A program made the translations under genes and the position numbers. Below the pieces are notes generated by a model. The model was not told where the DNA came from. It did no database searches and worked only from the letters and a program-made list of their open reading frames with translations. From the NCBI RefSeq assembly GCF_000008385.1, contig NC_006833.1, positions 630,001 to 662,000 of the forward strand: 32,000 bases of DNA, written 5' to 3'. Shown here one piece after another: positions 10,843 through 19,783 of this stretch (its first letter is position 1; the number at the start of each line of letters is the position of its first letter). Origin of the DNA: Wolbachia endosymbiont strain TRS of Brugia malayi (GTDB lineage Bacteria > Pseudomonadota > Alphaproteobacteria > Rickettsiales > Anaplasmataceae).

Positions 10843-12333
10843 TCAGTATGTTAAAATTTGATTTTTAATAACCTCAACATCACTAAATTCAAAAGTTTTG
10901 TTCCCTATAATTTGAAATTTTTCATGCCCCTTTCCTGCAACAAGCAGAACCATATTCTCGTCATAGGCAATATTTATACCTTTCTTTATAGCTTCTCTTC
11001 TATCCCCCACCTCTAGTGCATTGGGACAACATAGTAAAATATCGTAACGAATTTTTGCTGGATCTTCATCACGCGGATTATCATCTGTAACTATCACCTT
11101 GTCTGCATACATCTTCGCCATTTTACCCATTTTTGCACGTTTTGCCTGATCACGGTTTCCACCACAACCGAAAACCAGAACTACTTTTTTACTGAAGTGC
11201 CATTTTAAAGACAACAGAGCCTGTTTAAGTGCACTTGGAGTGTGAGCGTAATCCACGAATGCAAAAGGTTTAACTTTTTCCATCCTTCCCGGTAAAGAAA
11301 CAAATTTATCTATACATATCCTCTGATAATCCAGCTTAGATGCAATAACTATACCGATTGCACACAGCAAATTATATGCTTGAAACTGCCCTAAAACTGG
11401 ATAAAACATACCGTAAACCTCATCACCAATTTTAATCGTAAGGTGTTGACCATCGGGAGTGGGAATCTGCCTTAATAAAGTAATGTCAGAGCCTGTTTTT
11501 CCATATGTTATAACTTTGTTGCTACGTTTTTCAGCTATCTTAAGCAATGCATAGTATTCATCTATATCCGAATTTAATACTACCGTTTTTCCTTCTGGTA
11601 ATACCTCGTAAAATAACCTTTTCTTAGCCTCGAAATATTCATTCACGTCTTTATGATAATCTAAATGATCTTGCGAGAAATTAGTAAAAGCTGCAGCATT
11701 TAATTCTAATCCATGGATTCTATACTGATCAATTCCATGGCTCGAAGCCTCCAATGCTAAATGTTCTATATTTTTACTATTTACATCACGCAGTGTAAAA
11801 TAAAGGTCATCCGCATCTGGAGTAGTAAGATTACTGTTATTATCTTTTCTTTCATTATTAACACATGTTCCAAGCGTTCCCACAGATGCTGCATTACAAC
11901 CTGCATTTTGCCAGATTTGACGGCAAAATTCTACCACTGAAGTCTTGCCATTCGTACCTGTTACAGCAGCAACACATTTGAGCTGCTTAAATTGATAAAA
12001 CCTGCTAACTATTTTACCATATATCTCTCGAGGGTTTGGGTAGAAGATATAGATTTCAGCACCCTGCGCTGGGATTGCACTAAAGCTTGCTATTATTGCT
12101 GAAGCTTTTATGCCGCCTACACATCTCTCACCTTCCTCTGACACACAAACAAAAAGATAATCCTCTTTGACTTTCTTCGGATTACATGTAACACCCTTAA
12201 TTTCAATGTTAAAATCAACAGTACAGTTGCCTAGTGTTATTCCAGTGTGTAACGCTAATTGTTGGATTCCAGTGCCAAGCACCGGAATGACAGAAAAATG
12301 GCCAATATCATGCAGTAATTCTCTTAGTATCAT
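10843..12333 (-). CDS. murE: UDP-N-acetylmuramoyl-tripeptide synthetase (UDP-MurNAc-L-Ala-D-Glu ligase)
   Basis: VTGTNGKTSVVEFCRQIW; NLTTPDADDL; LEASSHGIDQYRIHGL; FTNFSQDHLDYHKDVNEYFEAKKRLF; VDYAHTPSALKQAL; GCGGNRDQAKRAKMG; TDDNPRDEDPAKI. Confidence 0.97.
   Translation of the reverse strand: MILRELLHDIGHFSVIPVLGTGIQQLALHTGITLGNCTVDFNIEIKGVTCNPKKVKEDYLFVCVSEEGERCVGGIKASAIIASFSAIPAQGAEIYIFYPNPREIYGKIVSRFYQFKQLKCVAAVTGTNGKTSVVEFCRQIWQNAGCNAASVGTLGTCVNNERKDNNSNLTTPDADDLYFTLRDVNSKNIEHLALEASSHGIDQYRIHGLELNAAAFTNFSQDHLDYHKDVNEYFEAKKRLFYEVLPEGKTVVLNSDIDEYYALLKIAEKRSNKVITYGKTGSDITLLRQIPTPDGQHLTIKIGDEVYGMFYPVLGQFQAYNLLCAIGIVIASKLDYQRICIDKFVSLPGRMEKVKPFAFVDYAHTPSALKQALLSLKWHFSKKVVLVFGCGGNRDQAKRAKMGKMAKMYADKVIVTDDNPRDEDPAKIRYDILLCCPNALEVGDRREAIKKGINIAYDENMVLLVAGKGHEKFQIIGNKTFEFSDVEVIKNQILTY
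12235..12292. repeat. Wolbachia palindromic element-like repeat inside the murE coding sequence
   Basis: TGTTATTCCAGTG...CACCGGAATGACA imperfect inverted arms. In the murE frame it encodes about aa 14-33 (SVIPVLGTGIQQLALHTGIT). Confidence 0.8.
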
Positions 12334-13549
12334 GTCCTACTTCATCAGCTTGAAAGCCCAAACATGGCAACCGTGCTAGTGCAGCATTCAAATCAGAAAT
12401 TAAATCTTCAGGGTCTTCTAGTCCACAAAATATTCTTATGAAACTTCCACTATAATCTGAACTCATTACAGATCTTGACACAGATTTACGATCTATTGGC
12501 AATATCAAGCTATCACATCCTCCCCAAGAAGCACCAATACTAAAAATTTTCATATGATCAACCATACAGCTTAGTTCCTCACATGAATATTCTCTATCCA
12601 GTACTATACTGAATACGCCACTTGCCCCCTTGAAGTAACTTTTCCATAGTTCATGTTGAGGGTGAGAAGGAAGTGCTGGATATAAGACTTTTTTGATTTT
12701 TGAATGCTTTTCTAGCCACTTTGCTACTTTCATTGCTGTACTTTGATGCTTCCTCATGCGCGTGCCTAGTGTTCTTAGCCCTCGATGTGCAAGGTAACAG
12801 TCGTATGGTTGCACAGTAACTCCGTAATTCTTGCAGATCTCATAAAGCAATTTAAAAACTTCACCTTCAGCAATAATAGCTCCCATCAATAAATCTGAGT
12901 GACCGGCTATATATTTCGTAACCCCATACAACGCAACATCAATGCCATAATCAAGTGGCCTAAATAACAAAGGAGTAGCCCACGAATTGTCGCAAACAGT
13001 CACGATTTTATGTTCCTTAGCAATTTTTACTATATGTTCTATATTTGAAACCTCAAATGTTACAGAACCAGGAGTCTCAATCATTATTAATCTAGTATTA
13101 CTCTGAATTAAACTAGCTATATCCTGTGTTGGATCATAGAAGGTTACCTCTACTCTTCTTTTTGGTAGCTCATTTTCGGCGAACCTCCTAAGTCGGTAAT
13201 AGCTATTATCTTGAATTAAAACATGCGAACCTGCTCTAGCAAAAGTCAGAATAGCAAAAGTGAGTGCAAACAATCCGGAAGGATAGATTAATGCTTGTCC
13301 CCTACCCTCAATCTCAGCAAGTGCATTTGAAAAATAATGAACAGTGGGAGTACCAACACTGCCGTAGCTATAATCTCTTGCAATACCATCATTAACCACA
13401 CCGTATATGTTTTTTCCATCTGCTGCATCTAAGTAGTCCTTGTAAGTAGGAAATAATATAGTAGAAGAATGATAAACTGGCGGGTTCATAGAACCTTTAT
13501 AGTCCTCAAACTTTCTCCCCGCTTTAACTAATAAGGATTTCTCTTTCAC
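12308..13549 (-). CDS. metC: Cys/Met metabolism PLP-dependent enzyme, cystathionine beta-lyase
   Basis: YSYGSVGTPTVHYFSNALAEIEG; VTVCDNSWATPLLFRPLDYGIDVALYGVTKYIAGHSDLLMG (PLP lysine region); RTLGTRMRKHQ; SVRSVMSSDYSGSFIRIFCGLEDPEDLISDL. Confidence 0.93.
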   Translation of the reverse strand: MKEKSLLVKAGRKFEDYKGSMNPPVYHSSTILFPTYKDYLDAADGKNIYGVVNDGIARDYSYGSVGTPTVHYFSNALAEIEGRGQALIYPSGLFALTFAILTFARAGSHVLIQDNSYYRLRRFAENELPKRRVEVTFYDPTQDIASLIQSNTRLIMIETPGSVTFEVSNIEHIVKIAKEHKIVTVCDNSWATPLLFRPLDYGIDVALYGVTKYIAGHSDLLMGAIIAEGEVFKLLYEICKNYGVTVQPYDCYLAHRGLRTLGTRMRKHQSTAMKVAKWLEKHSKIKKVLYPALPSHPQHELWKSYFKGASGVFSIVLDREYSCEELSCMVDHMKIFSIGASWGGCDSLILPIDRKSVSRSVMSSDYSGSFIRIFCGLEDPEDLISDLNAALARLPCLGFQADEVGHDTKRITA

Positions 13550-13555
13550 GTTCTG

Positions 13556-13852
13556 TTATTTATTTTTTAAATTGTATTCGCTTTGTGTATATAAGTGAAG
13601 AGAAATTGCATGTATTAGCTCTATCTCACTCTTTAATAACTCATAAATCAACCTGTGCCTTTTGAGACTGTCCATTCCGGCAAAATTGTCAGATATTAGT
13701 ACTAGCTTGATATGTGAAGGTAGCATTGAAGACGAAGAAAAATAATGATCTGCATGTTTTACGGACTCATCGATAATATCAACATCAATTACATCTATTG
13801 AACCACGTATTTTTTCTTCTATTGTCTTAATAATATCCATCCTGTCATTCAA
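13556..13852 (-). CDS. BolA family protein
   Basis: 98 aa; ADHYFSSSSMLPSHIKLVLISDNFAGMDSLKRHRLIYELLKSEIE--IHAISLHLYT matches BolA (F.G...R.R.vy..l..e....iHAl.l...). Confidence 0.9.
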   Translation of the reverse strand: MNDRMDIIKTIEEKIRGSIDVIDVDIIDESVKHADHYFSSSSMLPSHIKLVLISDNFAGMDSLKRHRLIYELLKSEIELIHAISLHLYTQSEYNLKNK

Positions 13853-13912
13853 ATAGCTAATACTAGTTCTCTTTTCCTAAATTTTAGCACCACGCGCTGA
13901 CAAAATACACTC

Positions 13913-15820
13913 TTATTTATTCTCTTCCTTATTATCTATGTCTTGATAATCAGAATCTACTACTTTTTCTTCCTCATTTGTTGTGGATGAACCAGCAGAG
14001 CTTTCTTTCCCCTGTTGCTGCTGAGATTCTTTATAAATAGTTTCTCCAAGCTTCATAGATAATTGAGAAAGATTAGTAATTTTCTGTTGTATTGAATCAA
14101 CATCATCAATGTTATCAGACTTACTAGCCTCTTTTAATTCATTAACTGCATTTTCAATAGCAGATTTATCTTCTGGTGAAACTTTATCGCCATACTCTTT
14201 CAGAGACTTTTCCGTAGAATGAACTAAGCTATCTGCTTGGTTCTTCACTTCAACAAATTTTTTACGCTTCTCATCTTCTTGTGCCTTTTCCTCAGCCTCT
14301 CTTATCATGCGATTTATTTCACTCTCAGATAAACCACCTGAAGACTGAATACGTATTTTCTGCTCTTTTCCAGTAGCTTTATCTTTTGCAGAAACATGTA
14401 CTATTCCATTTGCATCTATATCGAATGTCACTTCGATCTGAGGAATTCCACGAGGAGCAGGTGGTATACCCTCCAAACTAAATTGACCAAGCAACTTATT
14501 ATCAACTGCCAATTTCCTTTCACCTTGATGCACTTTAATTGTCACAGCCGTTTGATTATCTTCTGCAGTTGAAAATACCTGAGATTTTTTAGTAGGAATA
14601 GTAGTATTACGCTCAATAAGTGGAGTGAACACCCCCCCTAAAGTTTCAATACCAAGAGAAAGCGGAGTTACATCAAGCAATAACACATCCCTTACATCAC
14701 CTTGAACGATTCCTGCCTGTATTGCAGCACCAATTGCTACAACTTCATCAGGATTTACTCCTCTATGTGGATCCTTACCAAAGAATTCTTTAACTTTCTC
14801 TATTACCCTTGGCATACGAGTCATACCACCAACAAGCACCACTTCACCAATTTGGTTAGCGGATAAACCAGTATCCTCAAGAGCTTTTTTGCAAGGAGTC
14901 ATAGTCCTTTCGATTAAATCATTTACTAAGCTCTCAAGTTTTGCCCTTGTTAATTTCATATTTAAGTGTTTTGGACCATTTGCATCAGCCGTAATAAATG
15001 GCAGATTTATTTCTGTTTCCATTGCACTTGATAATTCAATCTTCGCTTTTTCAGCAGCTTCTTTGATTCTTTGCATAGCCATTGGATCATTTTTTAGACC
15101 AATGCCATTACTTTTCTTAAATTCATCTAGTAAGTAACTTACTATTGCATTATCAAAGTCTTCACCTCCAAGATGGGTATCACCATTCGTAGCTTTTACT
15201 TCAAAAACTCCATCACCTATTTCAAGTATTGAAACATCAAATGTACCACCACCAAGGTCATATACCACTATTGTATGCCCATGCTTCTTATCAAGACCAT
15301 AAGCAAGCGCCGCAGCAGTTGGTTCATTAACTATTCTAAGTACATTCAACCCGGCAATTTTTCCTGCATCTTTTGTTGCCTGACGTTGAGAATCGTTGAA
15401 GTATGCTGGCACTGTTATTACAGCATCTTTTACTTCTTCCCCAAGATAAGCCTCTGCTGCCTCTTTTAGATTTTGTAGTATAAAAGCACCAATTTGACTA
15501 GGGGAGTATTCTTTACCATCTGTTGTTTTAATCCATGCATCACCATTTTTTGCTGCAAACACTTTATACGGCACATTCAGATCTTTCATTTCAGGATCAC
15601 CATACTGACGGCCTATTAATCTTTTAGTAGCAAAAAAAGTATTACTTGCATTGGTGGTTGCTTGCCTTTTTGCTGGAGCGCCAATTAATCTCTCCCCTGA
15701 TGAAGTAAATGCAACTACAGATGGAGTAGTTCTTGCTCCTTCTTTATTCTCTATTATCTTGCCTTGTATCGCAACACAAGAATTTGTTGTTCCAAGATCT
15801 ATACCTATTGCTCTTCCCAT
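13913..15820 (-). CDS. dnaK: Chaperone DnaK (Hsp70)
   Basis: [18 protein letters not shown]; [44 protein letters not shown]; [17 protein letters not shown]-like GGGAG upstream of the ATG. Confidence 0.99.
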   Translation of the reverse strand: MGRAIGIDLGTTNSCVAIQGKIIENKEGARTTPSVVAFTSSGERLIGAPAKRQATTNASNTFFATKRLIGRQYGDPEMKDLNVPYKVFAAKNGDAWIKTTDGKEYSPSQIGAFILQNLKEAAEAYLGEEVKDAVITVPAYFNDSQRQATKDAGKIAGLNVLRIVNEPTAAALAYGLDKKHGHTIVVYDLGGGTFDVSILEIGDGVFEVKATNGDTHLGGEDFDNAIVSYLLDEFKKSNGIGLKNDPMAMQRIKEAAEKAKIELSSAMETEINLPFITADANGPKHLNMKLTRAKLESLVNDLIERTMTPCKKALEDTGLSANQIGEVVLVGGMTRMPRVIEKVKEFFGKDPHRGVNPDEVVAIGAAIQAGIVQGDVRDVLLLDVTPLSLGIETLGGVFTPLIERNTTIPTKKSQVFSTAEDNQTAVTIKVHQGERKLAVDNKLLGQFSLEGIPPAPRGIPQIEVTFDIDANGIVHVSAKDKATGKEQKIRIQSSGGLSESEINRMIREAEEKAQEDEKRKKFVEVKNQADSLVHSTEKSLKEYGDKVSPEDKSAIENAVNELKEASKSDNIDDVDSIQQKITNLSQLSMKLGETIYKESQQQQGKESSAGSSTTNEEEKVVDSDYQDIDNKEENK

Positions 15821-15907
15821 AATGAATACTCCCTTATAAATGTTATCTGATATAAGGATATATAAGTATAGGACTCGTCAATTACAAGTCTCTTTTAGGA
15901 TCTCCAG

Positions 15908-17680
15908 TTAGCTATTAGAGTTCAAAATGCGTGAAAGCCACTTAGTTAACCAAAAACTGCCTTGTAACTTCTCTGAATTATCAGCCCTTTCATTACTGCT
16001 GCTTTCAATTTTGTAACCAGAGTTTTGTAATGGCTTACAATCACTTAAGTTAACTTCATCCCCTCGTTTTAAAACGAACGTATCTACACTCAAACTGCTA
16101 TCAGCACTAACATTCAACTTAATATTAAACTCTTTTTCAATTGTAGAAACTGTGCCACGTTTGTTATTAAAAATATGTGCTATAATTGCACCATGAGCTA
16201 CCAAATCAAATGACCTATTTCGATTTCTACTAGCAATGTGCTGCAAGTCTCTCAATATTGATGCAACAATCACCTCATTTGACTTCACCTTCCCAATCCC
16301 TTTACAGTGCAAGCACTCTGTAGTGTTAATTTCCTGTATGCTTGGTTTAATCCTTTGCCTTGAAAATACCATTAAACCAAAGTCATTTATGTAGCTAAAT
16401 TGAACTCTAGCTTTATCATCCTTAAACGCCTGCCTAATAGCAGACTCAACAGCTCTACAATATTGATACCTTAACATGTCAATAAAATCTACTACTATTA
16501 ATCCCGACAAGCCTCTTAAATTCACCTGTCTTGATATTTCAGGTACTGCTTCCATATTAGTTCTATAAGCTGTCTCCTCTATACTATCCTCTCCCGTCAT
16601 CTTTCCTGAATTTACATCTATTGAAACAAACGCCTCAGTTAAAGTTATTATCAAAGATCCACCAGACGGCAGTTTTACCCTATTGCTGTATAACTCAGAA
16701 ATTTGATCTTCGACTCCGTAGTAAGTAAAGATTGGAATAAAACCTCTATACAACCTATAACGTAACTTACTACCTTTTAATGCATTTCTAGCATATTGTC
16801 TTACCGTTTCAAAAGCTTCCTTTCCAGATACTATAACTTCCATACCATTGCTACAAAAATCACGAATAGACCTCATAATTAGGTCTGCTTCATTATAAAT
16901 CAATGATGGAACATTTATAGAGGAAGCATTTTTTTGAATATTCTGCCACAATGAAGATAAATAATTGTAATCCTGCTCAATTTCCTTTTTACTTTTCCCT
17001 GAACCAATGGTTCTTATTATCAAACCTGACCTTTTTGGCAAGTCCATTGAACTTAATATATCCTTTAACTGCTTTCTGACATTAACATCTTCAATTCTGC
17101 GTGACACTCCACCTTTACTCATGGAATTAGGCATAAAAACACAGTACCTTCCTACTAAAGTTATGTACGTTGTAAACGAAGCTCCCTTGTTGCCTCGCTC
17201 TTCCTTAGTTAGTTGAACTAATAGCCTTTGATTTACTGAAATAACATCTTGCAACTTATATCTCTTATATAAAGACACTTCTCTTACAAAACCATTACCG
17301 GATTCGTTAACATTCTTATTAGTTAAGGAATCTGAAGAAATATTTGCTGAGGCATTGCCATTTTCCTCTGTACAATCATCATTCAGGCAACCCTCAAAGA
17401 AAGTTTCTTTCTCCTTTTCTGGAATATTGAAATAATCTGGAGATATTTCAGAAAAAGACAAAAAACCTTGCTTATTTTTTCCATATTCAATAAACACAGC
17501 TTGCAAAGAAGGCTCTACACGTTTTACACAAGCAATATATATATTACCTCTTAATTGTTTTTTTTCTTTGAATTCTTGTTCAAATTCCACAACTCTATTG
17601 TCAGCTGATAAAGCAACTCTTACCTCATCAGAACAGATAGAATTTTCTATTAATAGTAACCTCTTACCACTATTTGCCAC
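15908..17680 (-). CDS. Ribonuclease E/G family protein
   Basis: S1-like domain (GNIYIACVKRVEPSLQAVFIEYGKNKQGFLSFSEI), GLIIRTIGSGKSKKEIEQDYNYL, SGGSLIITLTEAFVSIDVNSGKMTG, NLRGLSGLIVVDFIDM, and zinc-link region ECLHCKGIG. Confidence 0.95.
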   Translation of the reverse strand: MANSGKRLLLIENSICSDEVRVALSADNRVVEFEQEFKEKKQLRGNIYIACVKRVEPSLQAVFIEYGKNKQGFLSFSEISPDYFNIPEKEKETFFEGCLNDDCTEENGNASANISSDSLTNKNVNESGNGFVREVSLYKRYKLQDVISVNQRLLVQLTKEERGNKGASFTTYITLVGRYCVFMPNSMSKGGVSRRIEDVNVRKQLKDILSSMDLPKRSGLIIRTIGSGKSKKEIEQDYNYLSSLWQNIQKNASSINVPSLIYNEADLIMRSIRDFCSNGMEVIVSGKEAFETVRQYARNALKGSKLRYRLYRGFIPIFTYYGVEDQISELYSNRVKLPSGGSLIITLTEAFVSIDVNSGKMTGEDSIEETAYRTNMEAVPEISRQVNLRGLSGLIVVDFIDMLRYQYCRAVESAIRQAFKDDKARVQFSYINDFGLMVFSRQRIKPSIQEINTTECLHCKGIGKVKSNEVIVASILRDLQHIASRNRNRSFDLVAHGAIIAHIFNNKRGTVSTIEKEFNIKLNVSADSSLSVDTFVLKRGDEVNLSDCKPLQNSGYKIESSSNERADNSEKLQGSFWLTKWLSRILNSNS

Positions 17681-17841
17681 TTATTTACCGTTTGCCTTGC
17701 GTTCTCAAATTAATTTTATGTTACTTAACGTACTGCCGATTGTCAAGAATTTGCAATCTACATTGTTCTAAGGCACAAAGTGATTGACTTTTAGCGCTTT
17801 ACGTAATAAACTCACACAGGATTTATATTATTATATTAAGT

Positions 17842-18042
17842 ATGGCAAAAAAAAATGCTTCTTTGCTTGTGAAGTTAGTTAGCAGCGCAACAAAAATAAC
17901 AAGTACAGGTGAAGAAAAGTCAACAGGTTACTTTTACGTAAAAAAGCGCAATCCAAAAAAGCTTACTAGAAAACTGGAGTTTAGAAAGTATGATCCAGTA
18001 GTCAGAAGGCACGTATTATTTAAAGAAGAAAAATTAAAGTAA
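17842..18042 (+). CDS. rpmG: 50S ribosomal protein L33
   Basis: [64 protein letters not shown]. Confidence 0.97.
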   Translation: MAKKNASLLVKLVSSATKITSTGEEKSTGYFYVKKRNPKKLTRKLEFRKYDPVVRRHVLFKEEKLK

Positions 18043-18066
18043 TTTTTTCATAAGGAAGTTGTTATC

Positions 18067-18348
18067 ATGCAAAATTCACAATTAAATTATCCTATAACAA
18101 TAGAGTTGGATGATATAAAAGATACAAAACTGAAATTAATAAAGATTGTTGCACGGTTAATAAATAAGAGGTACAGAACACAGAAAAAAGCAGCAATTGC
18201 CCTAAAGATCGACCAACCTAAAGTATCTCAAATTAATAAGTCAAAAATTGAAGGGTTCTCTTTAGAATACTTGCTTAACTTATTAGTTGCATTGGATCAA
18301 GATATAAATATGAAAATAAAACATAATTCTCAGCATAACATACAATAA
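18067..18348 (+). CDS. XRE-family helix-turn-helix regulator, HigA-type antitoxin-like
   Basis: NKRYRTQKKAAIALKIDQPKVSQINKSKIEGFSLEYLLNLLVALDQDINMKI: HTH_XRE plus the terminal LxxLLxxLDxDIxIxI pattern of the HigA2/COG5606-type family. Confidence 0.85.
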   Translation: MQNSQLNYPITIELDDIKDTKLKLIKIVARLINKRYRTQKKAAIALKIDQPKVSQINKSKIEGFSLEYLLNLLVALDQDINMKIKHNSQHNIQ

Positions 18349-19369
18349 GGCTATACTCATTTTAATTTACAGCGTATGCTGTAATATTATCCACAAAAAC
18401 TTCAACTGCAAACAATTTAGGGCACATTTCATTTTTTGAACATGGACAAGTACCGCTTCTTCATACTTTTCTTACGAAGAATCTGTCCAGCGTAAAACAG
18501 ATACATAGACTATATAACATAAAGAGCTACACAGAAGTTACTTAGTTATAGGACCACATATACAAAAAGATTCAGAAAAAATGCAGCGTGCATTGGGTGG
18601 AAATGCATGTACACTTGCATATCACTTGCAAAAATACGCTACATTTTTCACTAAAATTTGGTTATTTAAGCCTGTAAACGAAAATAGATCTCAGATCCTA
18701 AAACACCTTCCTTGTCAGGGGAATAGAGCTATAAAAATGTGTCAAGCAATTTTTTTTGTTGCGCTGTTTTATCTTTTTCAAAATGCTATATATAGTTGTT
18801 TTTGATATTCCATTCACTTTAGCTATTTCCATAATATTTAAAGTTTTTAGCTACTCACATATAATTTGTCATTTTACAGGTAGTTTAGAAACTGTATCTT
18901 ATATATCAATTTGGGTTATTATTCCAATTTCAGAAAAGTATTTCTTACCAACTATGTTATCCAAAGCAGCGGAATTTATAAATAAAATACAGCTTCACCA
19001 CCACGCTTCACTCATAAACATTTGCTTATTAGATTAATAGCACAACATTCAGTAACTCGGCTTACGAAAGTTGCAAAATAACTCCTATCTTCTTTATACC
19101 TATCGATTGAAGGCCAAATACTATAAAAAATCCCTTGTTCAATATCATTAAGGCTATCATGAGTGAAATAACTGGAGCATTTCAGGCACTTTGCACGATA
19201 TTTCACTTTTTAACAATTATAGGATCTATTTCTAAGTAATAGCTTTGTGATTCCATTATGCCTCTTTGTAAGTATTAAGATTGAGAATAGTTTAACATTA
19301 CTAAGCAGGCATGGCATAGCATAAGATGTAGGAAATACATAGTGATAAATTCAGGTATTCTTAGTATAA

Positions 19370-19580
19370 CTTTTAGCTATAAATATTTATAGAAATTTAC
19401 CAAATAGGAGAAAAGGCAAAAGAATCCCTGATTAATACCTATTTAAAAACATTGCTGTTCTATATTGTCTCAAACGCTTTATAAGTGCGTTCCAGCTTAT
19501 ATAGATAAAAACCAGAAATGTTATAAAGACACAAGGCGCACATAGTGAGAAAAATTAAACACAAGATACCAAACTATGTT
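19370..19580 (-). repeat. Copy 2 (inverted) of the dispersed degenerate ~200-bp repeat
   Basis: Reverse complement TCTTGTGTTTAATTTTTCTCACTATGTGCGCCTTGTGTCTTTATAACATTTCTGGTTTTTATCTA...CTTTTGCCTTTTCTCCTATTTGGTAAATTTCTATAAATATTTATAGCT parallels 7030-7230. Confidence 0.7.
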
Positions 19581-19783
19581 AATACTTCTATTGTTTAATT
19601 TGCACAGACTGAAGATAACTGAATACCTTCAGTGCTATAATAAGGAAGCTGGTGAAGTTTATCAGGTAGTTTTTTGTATTTTATGTTAGAACTGATAAAC
19701 CATAAATAAGCTTTTGTTTTTATGAAATTATATCCTCATAAGTAAATTAATGTTATCCTTTTATTGCTAATCTAAAGTTTTTT

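Noticed and set aside
12167-12379. Plus ORF MTFFGLHVTPLISMLKSTVQLPSVIPVCNANCWIPVPSTGMTEKWP...
   Set aside because: Antisense read of the palindromic element and the murE/metC overlap; the murE frame has clear family motifs.
14889-15839. Several plus-strand ORFs (14889-15137, 15275-15469, 15651-15839)
   Set aside because: Entirely antisense to dnaK, whose protein match is unambiguous; the products have no recognisable family.
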